DNA of 64,000 bases from Eledone cirrhosa. Taxonomy: Eukaryota. The notes below the pieces were generated by a model, which worked only from the letters and a program-made list of their open reading frames with translations, was not told the DNA's origin and made no database searches. Shown one piece after another: positions 12,518 to 24,858 of the stretch (position 1 is its first letter; each line of letters starts with the position of its first letter). Location: the NCBI GenBank assembly GCA_964016885.1, contig OZ024743.1, positions 294,190,001 through 294,254,000 on the forward strand, read 5' to 3'. A program made the translations under genes and the position numbers.

Positions 12518-13219
12518 CCTGATTTCTGACATCATGTCTATATGTGTTTGTTTCGTTATGCATTTAGAATATGTCAATGTCGCTTCACATATGTGTACAA
12601 ATTATCACCCACATATAAAGACTTGTAAGTAAACAGGAATGTGTGATAGTGTATGTTCGTATATATTCATACGCTCCTATTTATGTAACCTTCTCTTCGT
12701 AGGTTATAATGTATATGCAAATATCTGTGTATGTTTTTCTGTCTGTCTGAAGAGAAATGATGTATTTGTCGTATTATTGGCTTTATATCTCGCTACAAAC
12801 TAAGCAGCCTCGTTTCTTACAACACTATGGTGCATTACTGTATCCTTATCATACCTCCATCATCTCCGCCACCGGTAACAATCAAAATAGCTAGACAAGT
12901 AAACCATTATCATCAGCACAACATCAATAGATTGAACGGCATATACGCATCAATATAAAAGAAAAAAATCAAATTTAGCCATCACAAAATATACACACTG
13001 TCACCTCCTTCTCCATACAAGCACAACTGCAGCCAATTAACTCAATAACCTTTAACATTTCTACCATCAACTCTACCAACAACCATAATAATAACAATAA
13101 TAATAAAAATAATAAAATAATAATAATAATAATAATATTTCTGATATACAATAACATAAACAACAACAACTTCAACATAAAAATAAGTCACTAGAAATTG
13201 TAAACTCAATAAAATAAAC

Positions 13220-13372
13220 AGAGAGAGAGAGAGAAAGAGAGAGGGGGGATGAAGGAAGAGAGAGACGAAGGGAGAGAGAGAGAGAGGAAGGGAGAGAGAT
13301 GAACGAAGGAAGAGAGAGAGGTGTGGAGAGAGAGAGAGCGGATGGGAAAGAGGATGGGAGAAAGAGAGAGAA
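13220..13372. repeat. (GA)n-rich purine tract
   Basis: Direct reading. Confidence 0.9.
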
Positions 13373-14310
13373 ACGTCTTCTCAAATTTCTCTCACATGGT
13401 CAACAAAAACTGCAAACACTAGCTTCTGCTATTATTCTTTAGCTCTATGCTGCACCACGCTCTTAGCACCACTAGCAACATTTCCATCTCCATCATTTTC
13501 GACAAGAACAACAACAACCGTACCAAACAAAGAAACAAATAAAAAAACAAGCGCAACAACCACATTAACAATGAAATCAAAAATAAATAATAAAAAACAC
13601 AAGTACAACGACAACTTCTACAACAGCTATTGCGCCATAAAAATTACAGCCATTAAAATACAACATATATATATCGTCATTTTTTTCAACTTTGACCTTT
13701 ATCATCATTCATCTCCGCCATATTCACCACAACACCAGCACTATCACCACCACATCACTGCTATCATTATGAATCAACCTCTACCACTACTTCACTACCA
13801 CTATCACTACCACACCACAACTAAAACTACCACACTAGCAATATAGCTCCAACACCGCCACTACAACTACTAAGCCACCACTATAACTACTACCCCATCA
13901 CTATAACTACTACATCACCACTATCATCACTATAACAGCACTATTAATATTACAATACCACTACCACTTCTACACAACCACTCTTAATCAGTATCATCAT
14001 CATCTCTAGCCTCACAAACAGGTAAGCCAGCTGCCATTAGAGCGTAGCTCAAAATGCGTTGCTGTAGTTGATCTAGGCCTTTTAAATCTGAGATCAAATC
14101 CAGCGATGGTTTTGTTGGGTGGTTACGACTTCTTTAACACAATCCGTTTTCTGAAAACGGATTGTGTTATATATATATATATGAATGTATATACAGTGTA
14201 TTTTGCAATACACTGTATGCTTAATTAAAAGCATTTCGAAGACCTTATGCTATTGTTTTAGAGTAGTGAAAGACTCACTTACTCTAATTTCAGCAAACAG
14301 GAGGAGATAA

Positions 14311-14355
14311 AGCTAACAAGGCCTTGTTTCGCATTTATTGATGCTTATCAAAGCC
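14311..14355 (-). ncRNA. Type I hammerhead ribozyme, U3-A8 variant, GUU site
   Basis: GGCT-TTGATAA-GCAT-CAATAA-ATGC-GAAAC-AAGGCCTT-GTT-AGCT. Confidence 0.72.
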
Positions 14356-14629
14356 AACTACTCCTCCTGTCTTCTGAAATCATGGATGTTTGGTTCTCAT
14401 AGAATTTTAGTAAATAATCAGGAACTGATTATACAGAGCGGTTGCCGGTCAAGCAGAAATTGAAAATTGGAATTGGTGCTCTGAAATAGGTATATATATA
14501 TGAATGTATATATAGTGTATTTTGCAATAAACTGTATACTTAATTAAAAGCATTTCGAAGACCCTATGCTATTGTTTTAAAGTAGTAACAGACTCACTTA
14601 CTTTAATTTCAGCAAACAGAGGGAGATAA

Positions 14630-14674
14630 AGCTGACAAGGCCTTGTTTCGCATTTATTGATGCTTATCAAAGCC
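14630..14674 (-). ncRNA. Type I hammerhead ribozyme, U3-A8 variant, GUC site
   Basis: GGCT-TTGATAA-GCAT-CAATAA-ATGC-GAAAC-AAGGCCTT-GTC-AGCT; stem III is the 12-nt palindrome ACAAGGCCTTGT. Confidence 0.78.
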
Positions 14675-14726
14675 AACTACTCCTCCTGTCTGCTGATTAT
14701 ACAGAGCTGATTATTATACAGAACTG

Positions 14727-15151
<425 letters not shown>

Positions 15152-15152
<1 letters not shown>

Positions 15153-16270
15153 AAAGTGTTAAAACGATCAAATTTTTGTTTAGAACCTTTATTAGCTGAC
15201 AATTGTTTCTTCCAGATGGAAGTCTGGAATCATCGGAGCATAAGGAATGTCGAAAACGTGTAACTAGAATCCTAGTCATTTAGAACATTTAGGGTACATA
15301 GTTATTATTAGTGTCAAAGGCATCATGTGGAGTGAACATTCAGGAGTTAAAAATTTGCTCCGCTTGAAATAACATAATTACAAGCAGCACTGGTTGGAAT
15401 TTTAATAGGTATAAGTAAAAGTAAAAAGAACAAGCAAAAAAAATCACAAGCAAAGAAAAAACACAAGCAAAAAAAACACTGGGAAAGAAGTTATAAGCAA
15501 GGACAATTGGTGTACAATGCAGGAGTCAATACAGTCAATAAGGCATGTATGAGGAAAGAGTTATAATACAGTTGAAATAAACATATTTTCTGTGGGGTGT
15601 TAAAGAATGTTATATTTGTTATAAACATTTAAGATGGTGTGCAATTTGTTAGAGAGGCGTGTGGTGATAATGTAGGTATTTTTTATGTAGGGCCTAGATA
15701 GAGTTCGTTATGTGATTTTCATTTAAGTGTTTTTGTGTTGTAGTTCGTATTTATGTGCATGTGTTGTTTGTTACTCACAGCTATTAACCATGGGATTATT
15801 TTGAGTCGTTTATAGTCAATAGGTGTTTATTTGCTAAATGTAAATTCCTCCGAATTACTGGCCATGTTGTTATTGTAGGTATATTAACTTATGCATTTTT
15901 GTATCTGTAAATTATCTTTTCTAAGGTTTGTATTAACCGATATCAAGATGTTGGTAAACCGTTAGGTTACTTAATTTTATAAGTTTACACAGGAAGTTGA
16001 AAAGGGAGTTAATAACAAAGGGAGGTAATTAATGTTGTTGATAAATTAAGGATTGTTATAATATTGTGGTAGTGTTATAAATTAATCTATACAGAGTATA
16101 TAAAATATAAAAATATTCTTGGTTATATACTCGCTATGTTGCTAACTTTTAAACTTGTGTGTGTGTGGGGGAGGGGGAGGGGTGTTAGATACGCTTTTTC
16201 TTTTAGTCTACCAACTCTTCTAAAGTTTCCAAATTTTTTCCTTCGGTAAAATTACATAATTTACTTCACC
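15152..16270 (-). mobile_element. Probable solo 3' region of a Naiad-like PLE
   Basis: Hammerhead + AATAAA just before (TA)n, as in the other PLE 3' ends; ATTACATAATTTAC near 16251 matches the C-terminal KLCN coding stretch of the first PLE (801-814). Confidence 0.5.
15195..15239 (-). ncRNA. Minimal type I hammerhead motif (U4C variant)
   Basis: GCT-CCGATGA-TTCCAGA-CTTCCA-TCTGGAA-GAAAC-AATT-GTC-AGC-TAATAAA; palindromic stem III ACAATTGT. Confidence 0.7.
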
Positions 16271-16332
16271 AAGTGCAGTATTGCACACAATGCTATCAAG
16301 TTTTCATGCAGCGGGAATCCCCGTGTAATTTC

Positions 16333-16339
<7 letters not shown>

Positions 16340-16393
<54 letters not shown>
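16340..16393. repeat. (ACT)n microsatellite
   Basis: Direct reading. Confidence 0.95.
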
Positions 16394-18436
16394 TGCAGGT
16401 CTTTGCTAAGCACCAAACCTTGGTCAGATATCTTACGTCAGCAAATTATCAAGAGATGTTCTAGTGAAATTAATTAAGTCGTGCATTTATAATCATTCAA
16501 TGCAGTGCCACTATTCCCAAGACTATTACCACCATGACTATTACCACTGCTAGCACAGAAAGCATCACTAGGGCTAGCAATCATTTACTGCTCCCATCGA
16601 CTTAATCTACTCCCACCAACAAACATCAGTTCGAAGAAAATTGGAGATGGTAAAGCCTTCAGGCAAAATATTCTGCTGATTAAAGACACGTTTCATAAGT
16701 TTTACTTAGACGTGGGTGTGAGTGTTGATGTCTTGGAAATTAGTAGTGATTGACAGAATCAACTAAAATATATAATAAGGTCATTGAAGCAAATAAAATT
16801 GACACCCGAATAAGAAAGAAAAATTACACAAAATAAAAATAAAAAAACACACGCATCAACTTCCTCCCAGCTTTCACCTCTGTAGCCAATTTGAGAAAAG
16901 CAATCTAATGTGAAAAAAGAAGGAAAACGTCTGTGTAGATAACTTGATCTTCGTGTACAAGAAAGAATAAATAAATAAAATGACCAAAAAAGCGCTTGAT
17001 TAAAGAATAGCGTCTCTACGCAATCGTTAGACATGCTAAAATAAAGTTACAGGACAATTGACTTCAAATCACGTATTTCTCTTAAAAAGAAAAAAAGAAA
17101 TTTTTACATGGAATCTTTCAAACACATTATGTACATAAAACTATGTCAACTGTTTTATACATAAAATTGAATATTGTTGGACAAGAATGATTCTACATCT
17201 TAATGAAGATATATCTGTCTTTCATTGAACCAATTTGATTTAATTCAAAGACATGTTGGATAACGTAGTCCTAGATAGTTTATGTCTGAAATAAAGATGA
17301 TAAAGTGTCTGAAATCATAGATCGTCTTCATCATGACTGGATTAAGCAGCTGCAACAGTAAAAAGAAATTATTGACAGAGAATTGAGTAGTTAGAATGTC
17401 GGACAAAATGTACTGCGGTATTTGTTCCGGTTGTATGCATTATGTTTTCAAATCCTGCCGATATCAACTTTGTCGTTTATTTATTTTTTTTTTTTTGTGT
17501 CGATGAAATAAAATGTCGGACGAGATGACTCGCAGTATTTTCTCGGTTTCGTTAAGTTCTGAGTTCCAATACCACCGTAGCTTACTTGGATGGTAGACTT
17601 CATCAGCCACCTTGTCCTTGGATTGCCACTCTGTTGCAAGTATTCAGGCCATATCTTTGATGATACATTCCTTATTTCACCTCACCAGATTCAAAGACAA
17701 TGAAAATATTCCTGAGAATTGCCTTTTCTTCATTGACCAAGTAGTAAAAAATAAAATAAAATAGCTGAAATTATAAAGTTCAAAGCCTATATCTGTATCA
17801 CTCGAAGCACAGGTTGCTGCTGCTGTTGCTTAGCCGCAGATCAACTCTGATTGAACAATCCTATCATACGACATTCCAACCGGTACGTGGAATTATAATA
17901 TCCAATGAGGCCTTTCCTAAATTAGGTAGCGCATTATTTATAGGAGATTTCGCCGCTATGTCTAACACGTTTTGCGACCATATAGAGCAACCTTCATTAG
18001 CTCATTATTCTATTTACATCTGTGTCTGAAAAATAGCGACGCCGATCTAAGCAGTGGAGCAACAAGAGCACTCAGTGTGAGGTAGTAAAGAAACATTTGG
18101 TTTTACATCATAATAGACACGATTGCTCAGATGAAATTTTATATCTGTGTCTGGGGGTCACTGCCAATCCTCATACTCCACATAACTATGCCTCAGTTTA
18201 AAGCTGTCCATTGTTCGATTACTGGTTCAATGTATATCTGACAATGATTTCTAAGCTGAAAGTAAATGCCGATACATATTAGCACTAGGGACGTTGTAGA
18301 AGTAGTCAGAATGCAATGGGCTGAAAAAGATACTACAAGTCTTTAAAAAATCACCAATTCACCGTCCTAGGCAGGTATTGTGTTTATAAACATCGAAAGA
18401 ATGAAATGCAAAATTGAAATCGGCATTATTTAAAAA

Positions 18437-18627
18437 GAGCGGTGGATTGGCAGTATCGGTAGAGGGTCGGACGCCATGCTTTCCAGCATAGTTACGTCCC
18501 TTTACGATCTAAGTTCAAATCCCGCCGAGGTTGACTTTGCCTTTCATCCTTACGGGGTCGATAAAATAAAGTACCAGTAATGCACTGGGTAATTGCTGTC
18601 CTTGTGCCTAAAGTAGAAACAATTATT
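18437..18627 (+). mobile_element. tRNA-derived SINE with 15-bp TSD
   Basis: Box A TGGCAGTATCGG, box B AAGTTCAAATCC; TSD ATTATTTAAAAAGAG at 18425-18439 and 18622-18636. Confidence 0.9.
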
Positions 18628-18638
18628 TAAAAAGAGAA

Positions 18639-18862
18639 GGGTAGTGGGATGGATATATCTGTAGAGCGCCGGACACCATGTTTCGCGGTATAGATTTAAG
18701 GCTCTTTACCTTCTGAGTTCAAATCCCGCCGAGGTTAGCTTTGCCTTTCTTTCTTACGGGGTCGATAAATAAAACACCAGTAATGCACTGGGGGAGATTT
18801 AATCGATTTTCCCCCCTCCTCTTCAAATTGCTGGCCTTGTGCCTAAAGTAGAAAAAAAATAT
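18639..18862 (+). mobile_element. tRNA-derived SINE (longer variant), head-to-tail with previous
   Basis: GAGTTCAAATCCCGCCGAGG and same 3' end GGCCTTGTGCCTAAAGTAGAAA. Confidence 0.85.
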
Positions 18863-19187
18863 TTAAACAGAGCGCAGAAATGCGTTTATAAATGTTGCAA
18901 GGAATCTTTTAGATGCTCTAAAGTCGTCGCCAATTTGCCGTCTTGATAAGTATATGTAACAGATTAACAGTTGAGTAAATTCTACTAAATACATCTACTC
19001 GGCCTTTCAAGATTTGTAGCCATGTACCTTTGCTAAAAATCGTTATTGCTAGTAGTAATCGCAAATCTTTGAACAAAACTGTATTTACAAGGAATACGCA
19101 AATTGAAAAATTCATAAATATGTTAAACATATGCAAATATATGAAAAATCGAAACAGCAATTTGAATATACATTTTGTTTAGTTATA

Positions 19188-19191
<4 letters not shown>

Positions 19192-19267
<76 letters not shown>

Positions 19268-19372
19268 GTATATATGTGTATGTATATGTAAGTGTGTGTG
19301 CGTGTGTGTGTGCGCGCGTGTGTGTGTGTGCGTGTGTGTGCGTGTTTGTGTGCGTGTTTGTGTATGTATGTA
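19192..19372. repeat. (TA)n/(GT)n compound microsatellite
   Basis: Direct reading. Confidence 0.95.
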
Positions 19373-19647
19373 CAGGACAGAACGAGTTGTAAGAATATCA
19401 AGAATAACAAAAAATATGCGAATAGAATATATTTATTATTGGTAATTTTTAAGAAATTTAACGTAATATGGAATACACCTTCTGTTTTTGACATGTAGTG
19501 CTTACATTTTCATTAATTCATAATATATTTTATGAAATATTAAAAGAAAAGAAAACATGTTATTGTTGATCTGCTCGCAGCGGTTCATGTCCATATATAC
19601 ACACCACATATACATACATACACACCATATATACACATACATACACA

Positions 19648-19681
<34 letters not shown>

Positions 19682-20212
19682 ATCGGAATTAAGAGTATTC
19701 ATATATATATATATATATACATATATTTGCAGAGAGTAAATGATTCAGTCGGTTTGGGCGAGTTCTAGTTGTTCGACCAACTAATCTGCTTCGTCATTTA
19801 ATTTATACAAGTGACTCAATATTCCATAGATTCCTGCGTATTTAAGTTATTCCCCAGGCAGAGTAAGCGTGAGAATGTGTATTACAAGGCTTACCCTTTG
19901 AATATGCACACCACCTCTTACGGACTACCGACGAGATTCCGTTAATGCAATTTCTCCCAAAAGGCCTGGGACGACAAGCATTTATAGTAACAGGCACTTG
20001 CTTCAGATGGAAAGCAGTAGTATTGAACTCGAAACCTCATTGTTGCGAAGCAAACTTCCTAACTACTCAACATTCCTGCATACACACAATAAAACTCAGT
20101 GAAATTTTAAACTATTACAGTTTCTTGATACAATCCAAATTTTCTGGCCTTGTGCCTATACCAGAAATAATTATTAATTGATTTAATGATACTAGAACTC
20201 AAACTGGGATAC

Positions 20213-20335
20213 GGTCTGAGTTCAAATCCCGATGAGGTTAAATTTACCTTTCATCCTTACGGGGTCGATAACATAAAGTACAAGTAATGCAGTGGAATAT
20301 TTACTGGCCTTGTGCCAAAGAGAAGAAAGAATTAA
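20213..20335 (+). mobile_element. 5'-truncated SINE
   Basis: CTGAGTTCAAATCCCG...CCTTTCATCCTTACGGGGTCGATAA...GGCCTTGTGCC. Confidence 0.75.
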
Positions 20336-21039
20336 TAATTGATTTAATGATGGTGGTAAATTACGTACCAACACATATTAATTCTAGTTTTGATTATAAT
20401 TCTGTTATCAAAGATTGCACCAATTTAGAGTGGATCAAATTGATTTCAAGGACCACAAAGGTGACAATTTCAGCGAATGGGCATATCATTCGTTTTGACG
20501 TAGTATAATTGGAGTACTCCTCAATATATCCTCTTTCAAAGAAAACCCTTAAATGTTCTGCTCTCTGCAACAAACCAGATTTCTAACAAAGTTTCTATCT
20601 GGAAAATATCATATATTAATCCTCGATTTTTAGCTATCTAAAATTCCAATGCTATTTGCAATCAATTGGAAATAACATTGGAACTTAAGGTAATGTTAAA
20701 ATCAAAGATTAAAAAGTGTTTATGACATTTTCCAGATTGGAAATAAATATAGTCAAATACCTATGGTCAGAGCATCGATTTCCAAAGAAGAAGCAAAGAT
20801 TTCACTTTGAAGAGAGAGAAGGGCGAGCAAATTCGGAGAATGGTGGGAAGTTAGTAAGAGAAGAAATTAGTTGGAGATATGACTGAACCTAGAAAAAAAG
20901 ACCCACAACAAGACGCCATTCGCAAATGTGCTCATATCCCTGAATATTAGGGTGATCCGAAAAAAAATAGTGTGTCATGCGTTCCTCGATTTACAAGAGT
21001 GGCTGCAAGATAAAACAACTTATTTTGTTTCTTTCAAAA

Positions 21040-21232
21040 TCATTAGAGCATCGACAAAACACTTTACATGATTTTCTCCTGCTCTTTATAATTCCAATCC
21101 CACCGAAGTAAATGTTGCCTTTTATCCTTCCGGAGCAGATACAATAAAGTACCTGTCATGTACTGAAGTCGATTCCCTTGATTTCTTTCTGCCTCCAAAT
21201 TGGTGGCTTTGTGTCTGAATTGAAACCAATAT
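21040..21232 (+). mobile_element. Degenerate SINE copy
   Basis: TTGCCTTTTATCCTTCCGG...ATAAAGTACC...GGCTTTGTGTCTGAATTGAAACC. Confidence 0.6.
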
Positions 21233-21364
21233 TTCTATCCAATTTATATTTTACCATCATTTATATCAATTTTATATTTAATTAGATTTTCTAGTTTACA
21301 CTTTGGTGCTAATACTTCATTCTTGGTAGAAGGGACCATCATTCATATTTACATATTAGGTCAT

Positions 21365-21650
21365 TGATAAAGTATTCGACCTTGGGCTGAAAACATTACA
21401 TACTTCGTTTGGTTCACATGCTAAAACATTACTTACTTCATTGGGTTCACAGATCGAAATAGACTTCTGGTGCCTTCATACACAGTTGAACGATCCTTTC
21501 ACTGTTTGATGCACGTCTAGAATAGCTCTGTCCTTCGCTGTGGAATTCTGCCTGATGTCCTCCCGTCTCTTAAAGAAATAAGAAGGAGCCATGTCTGGAG
21601 AGAACAGAACCTGGTGGTTGAGCGAAATGCCTTTCTTTGTCAATAAACCT
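21365..21650 (-). pseudogene. Possible mariner transposase C-terminal relic
   Basis: Minus-strand translation gives HQVLFSPDMAPSYF (cf. mariner YSPDLAPSDF) and a QLCMKAPEVYFD tail. Confidence 0.4.
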
Positions 21651-21946
21651 TAGTATTCCTGTTATGCAACCCCATTGTGTATGAAACGCTTAGTATTATA
21701 CGAATTGGCTCTCCAGGACGGTAAAGGATTATAGTTTCAGTTAGACGGCATTGATGTGAGCGGTATAAGTATGCTTCCTATTGAATCACAACATGTGGTT
21801 TGGAGGTGTAGCATTTTTGCCTTTACTCCTATTAAGTTATAGATTTCCAGGTATTACTTTCAATTTCTTTATCGAAACAAATTTTTATCATCAATAAGTA
21901 ATAATAATAATTGTTTCTACATTTGGCACCAGATAATAATAATAAT

Positions 21947-24544
21947 TTCTTTATTTGTCATAAAGAACAATGCAAAAACAAGGACAGTGAGGATATATAT
22001 AAAACGTGTAAAAATGATAACAGGAAACAATGAATTAATAACTATAATTCCCCAATAGGGGCAATAACACCCAGGCGTTGCTTAGAAACCCCACAGATTC
22101 TAAACCATCTTAATCTGCTGGAGCACCATCGGAAGATGCACATCTCTTCTCTAATCTAACCGCTACAGACAACAAACCTATGGTCAGAGTGGGCCTAGTC
22201 ACTCAGGTCATTCTCACAACATTCGTACACCTTTTGATTAATGTATTGGGGGAAGCACTTCCCTCTCCACTCACATCTTTGCTCTTATCCTATCAGACAG
22301 TTGACGATAAGCACTAGCATTGTTGATAGCATCTGATGCCAGTAGCAGCAAACAGCTTCGAGGAAATCGGAGGACACGTCTGGCATGTTTATGTAAAACT
22401 TGTATTGGTAAACCATCCAAACCGATTGCTTTGCACCTCGTACACCCTTTCAGGACTTCCCGTGTCTCGGCTGATGTTATGGTCTTTTCTCAGCACCTAG
22501 CATCTTTCGGCAAGAGCCGCGGCAGGTCGTCGAGTTATGAAAGCAAGTCCACCACCATCTCCCTACTCCTGCTAGCCCCGACCAGTTATACAAAGTTGCG
22601 CAGGAAAACCAAACACCTGCTTTGAATTGAGTAATAACACGCACTCATTTTTCAGTCCGAGAAAGATAGAATTGTCACATTACTGCCATGTTGCGCCTCT
22701 GCTACTCGGACCAATCGAGCAGTTTTCGTTCGTTTGAGTTTGGGAGCACGTGTCGTAGCTCAGATTATTCAACCTTCGTGTTTCCCATTGAATAAATAGT
22801 CTAGTGCCAGTCGGTTGCGATGATACTTATATTAGTCTCTTCTTATTTAGCAACTAACTTCCCTTATGTTCTATATTTCCTGTTGTTGTTTATTCACTAT
22901 AGGCTACTGCAAGCACGCAATCTCTTGTTGATGTTTTCCCTGTCACTGTCAATTGTCTCTTAACTAACGACGCGTTAAGCTTCCAGCAATCGGGGCCCTG
23001 TCTACGTCATCTATTTAGGTCTAACATGCAGATCACAAATTTCTGGTCTAAATAGGTGACCTAATGCAAAACCTATCTAAATACGATTTCGATGACCATT
23101 GCGATTGGTTCAGGTTCAGAGAGGGGCATTCGGGAAATCTAGTCGGTATCTCTCTGAGAGCAGAAATAGTCTGACGAGGTTTTTGAGGTTACTCCATCAC
23201 TCTCCCAATCTGCATCTATAATGCCCGTGCAGTCCCTCACTAATTGTAAAGGATATAACGATGCCAAGGCATCTAGACGGCTGAAGAAATCCGGCAGTCC
23301 AGCGCCAGTCGAGGCATAATTGGCCTCCTGTCTAAAGCACAACCTTCGATAAGGCTCACATCCAGGACGACTAACTTACCATCGGGGTTCATGAATATCG
23401 TCCGTACAACAAGATCGCGGCCTTTCCTAACCAGCATTGCCACCCTGCATCACATTCCATGCCGATTAAGAAAAATATGGATCTCAAATTCATCTAAAAT
23501 TTGGGCTACTGCGTGACCTCCGAAATTCTGGTCTCGCAAACGACTGTCACTTATATAGCTAACGACCTGAAGTTGTTGAGCAAGTGATCTTGCTACTAGC
23601 ACGACATAGGCCCATGTACAACGTACTCTTAAAATCTGTATGTTGGTTGGAATGAGTTAGAAGAAAAAAAAAATGAATGCGTTTACTTATTCTTCTAGTA
23701 CTGTTGGAGATCGCGTGGTTCAAACTCCATATCTGATTGGAGTCCATTTAAAGTCTACGTGCTGCATATATATCAGGGATTCTCACGTCGTGAGAGGTTC
23801 CCCTAATTTTGCAATTTTCTAGTGATGTATGCCTCCACATTTGTAACATTTTGAAGTTACCGATACATAAACTTTCCCCCTCTCCCACCGGGCTATGATG
23901 TCTATAAATTCTTCGTTAGCCCTTCACACTAGCACGTGTCTGTGTAGTTGGTTGTTGATGTGTGTGTTATTTTGGGTCGTTTTCGATGTTGTAGGGTTAT
24001 TGGTGCTGGTAGTGGTAAAAGTGTTTGCGCTGACGGTTGTGGTGTTTTAGAAGATGTGCCTGTATTTGTTGTGGGTGTGTTTTCATGAGTGCGTTGGTGC
24101 GAGGTTATATGACTCTGTGGGTGTTTTCGTTATTGTTTCGAGGGATTTTAGTGTTGCCAATAATATTCACGTCGCGATGAACAAGTACCAGTGGCTGTAG
24201 AATCTGTCTTGCTATGGGTGTGAGTGTGTTTGTGTGAGTGTCTATGTGCGTGTTTGTATTTAGAAGAGATTGAGAGAGAGAAGGGAAGAAGCTGAGGGAA
24301 GGTTTGTTTGGCAGTTACTCAGTGTGTTCTTCGCGTTGTCTGTTATTGGTTGTGGTTGTAATGGTATTGCTGGTGTTTCTGGAGTTGTTGCTGCTGCTGA
24401 TGTTGGTGTTTCTTTTGACTATGCTTTTACTCCCGAGGTTTGTGCCACTGTTGTTGTGGTTTTTCAGAACGGTCAGGCGTTGGCAGCAAAGGACTTCTGC
24501 GATTCCCGTCTTCTGTTGAGGGCTGAAAACTCATAATTGACAAC

Positions 24545-24547
<3 letters not shown>
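21947..24547 (-). mobile_element. Old, internally deleted Tx1/L1-clade element
   Basis: Decayed similarity to the intact copy: 3' UTR and ORF2 C-terminus (to ~22275), then a jump to the pre-RT/APE region (to ~23640), then low-complexity ORF1 remnants; (AAT)n at both ends. Confidence 0.7.
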
Positions 24548-24577
<30 letters not shown>

Positions 24578-24614
24578 GTAATAATAATAATAATAATAAT
24601 TATAATAATAATAA
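24548..24614. repeat. (AAT)n tail/target between two Tx1 copies
   Basis: Direct reading. Confidence 0.95.
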
Positions 24615-24858
24615 TGCTTTCTTTATTAACCACAAAGGTTTACATAAAGTAGACATTAAGGACAGTGCAGGACAATACAGGACGGTACAAATGGGCATTT
24701 CTGCGTGTAAAAACAAACAGATGATGTAACAAAAAAATAACAATGAACAATTCCCCAATACGAGGGAGACTTCCGAGGGACATTTGTGGAGAAAGCCCAT
24801 TAAAAGGCCACAGTGACCCTGACCACCAGGGCAAGTGCCCTCTCCCAGTTTTCCACCT

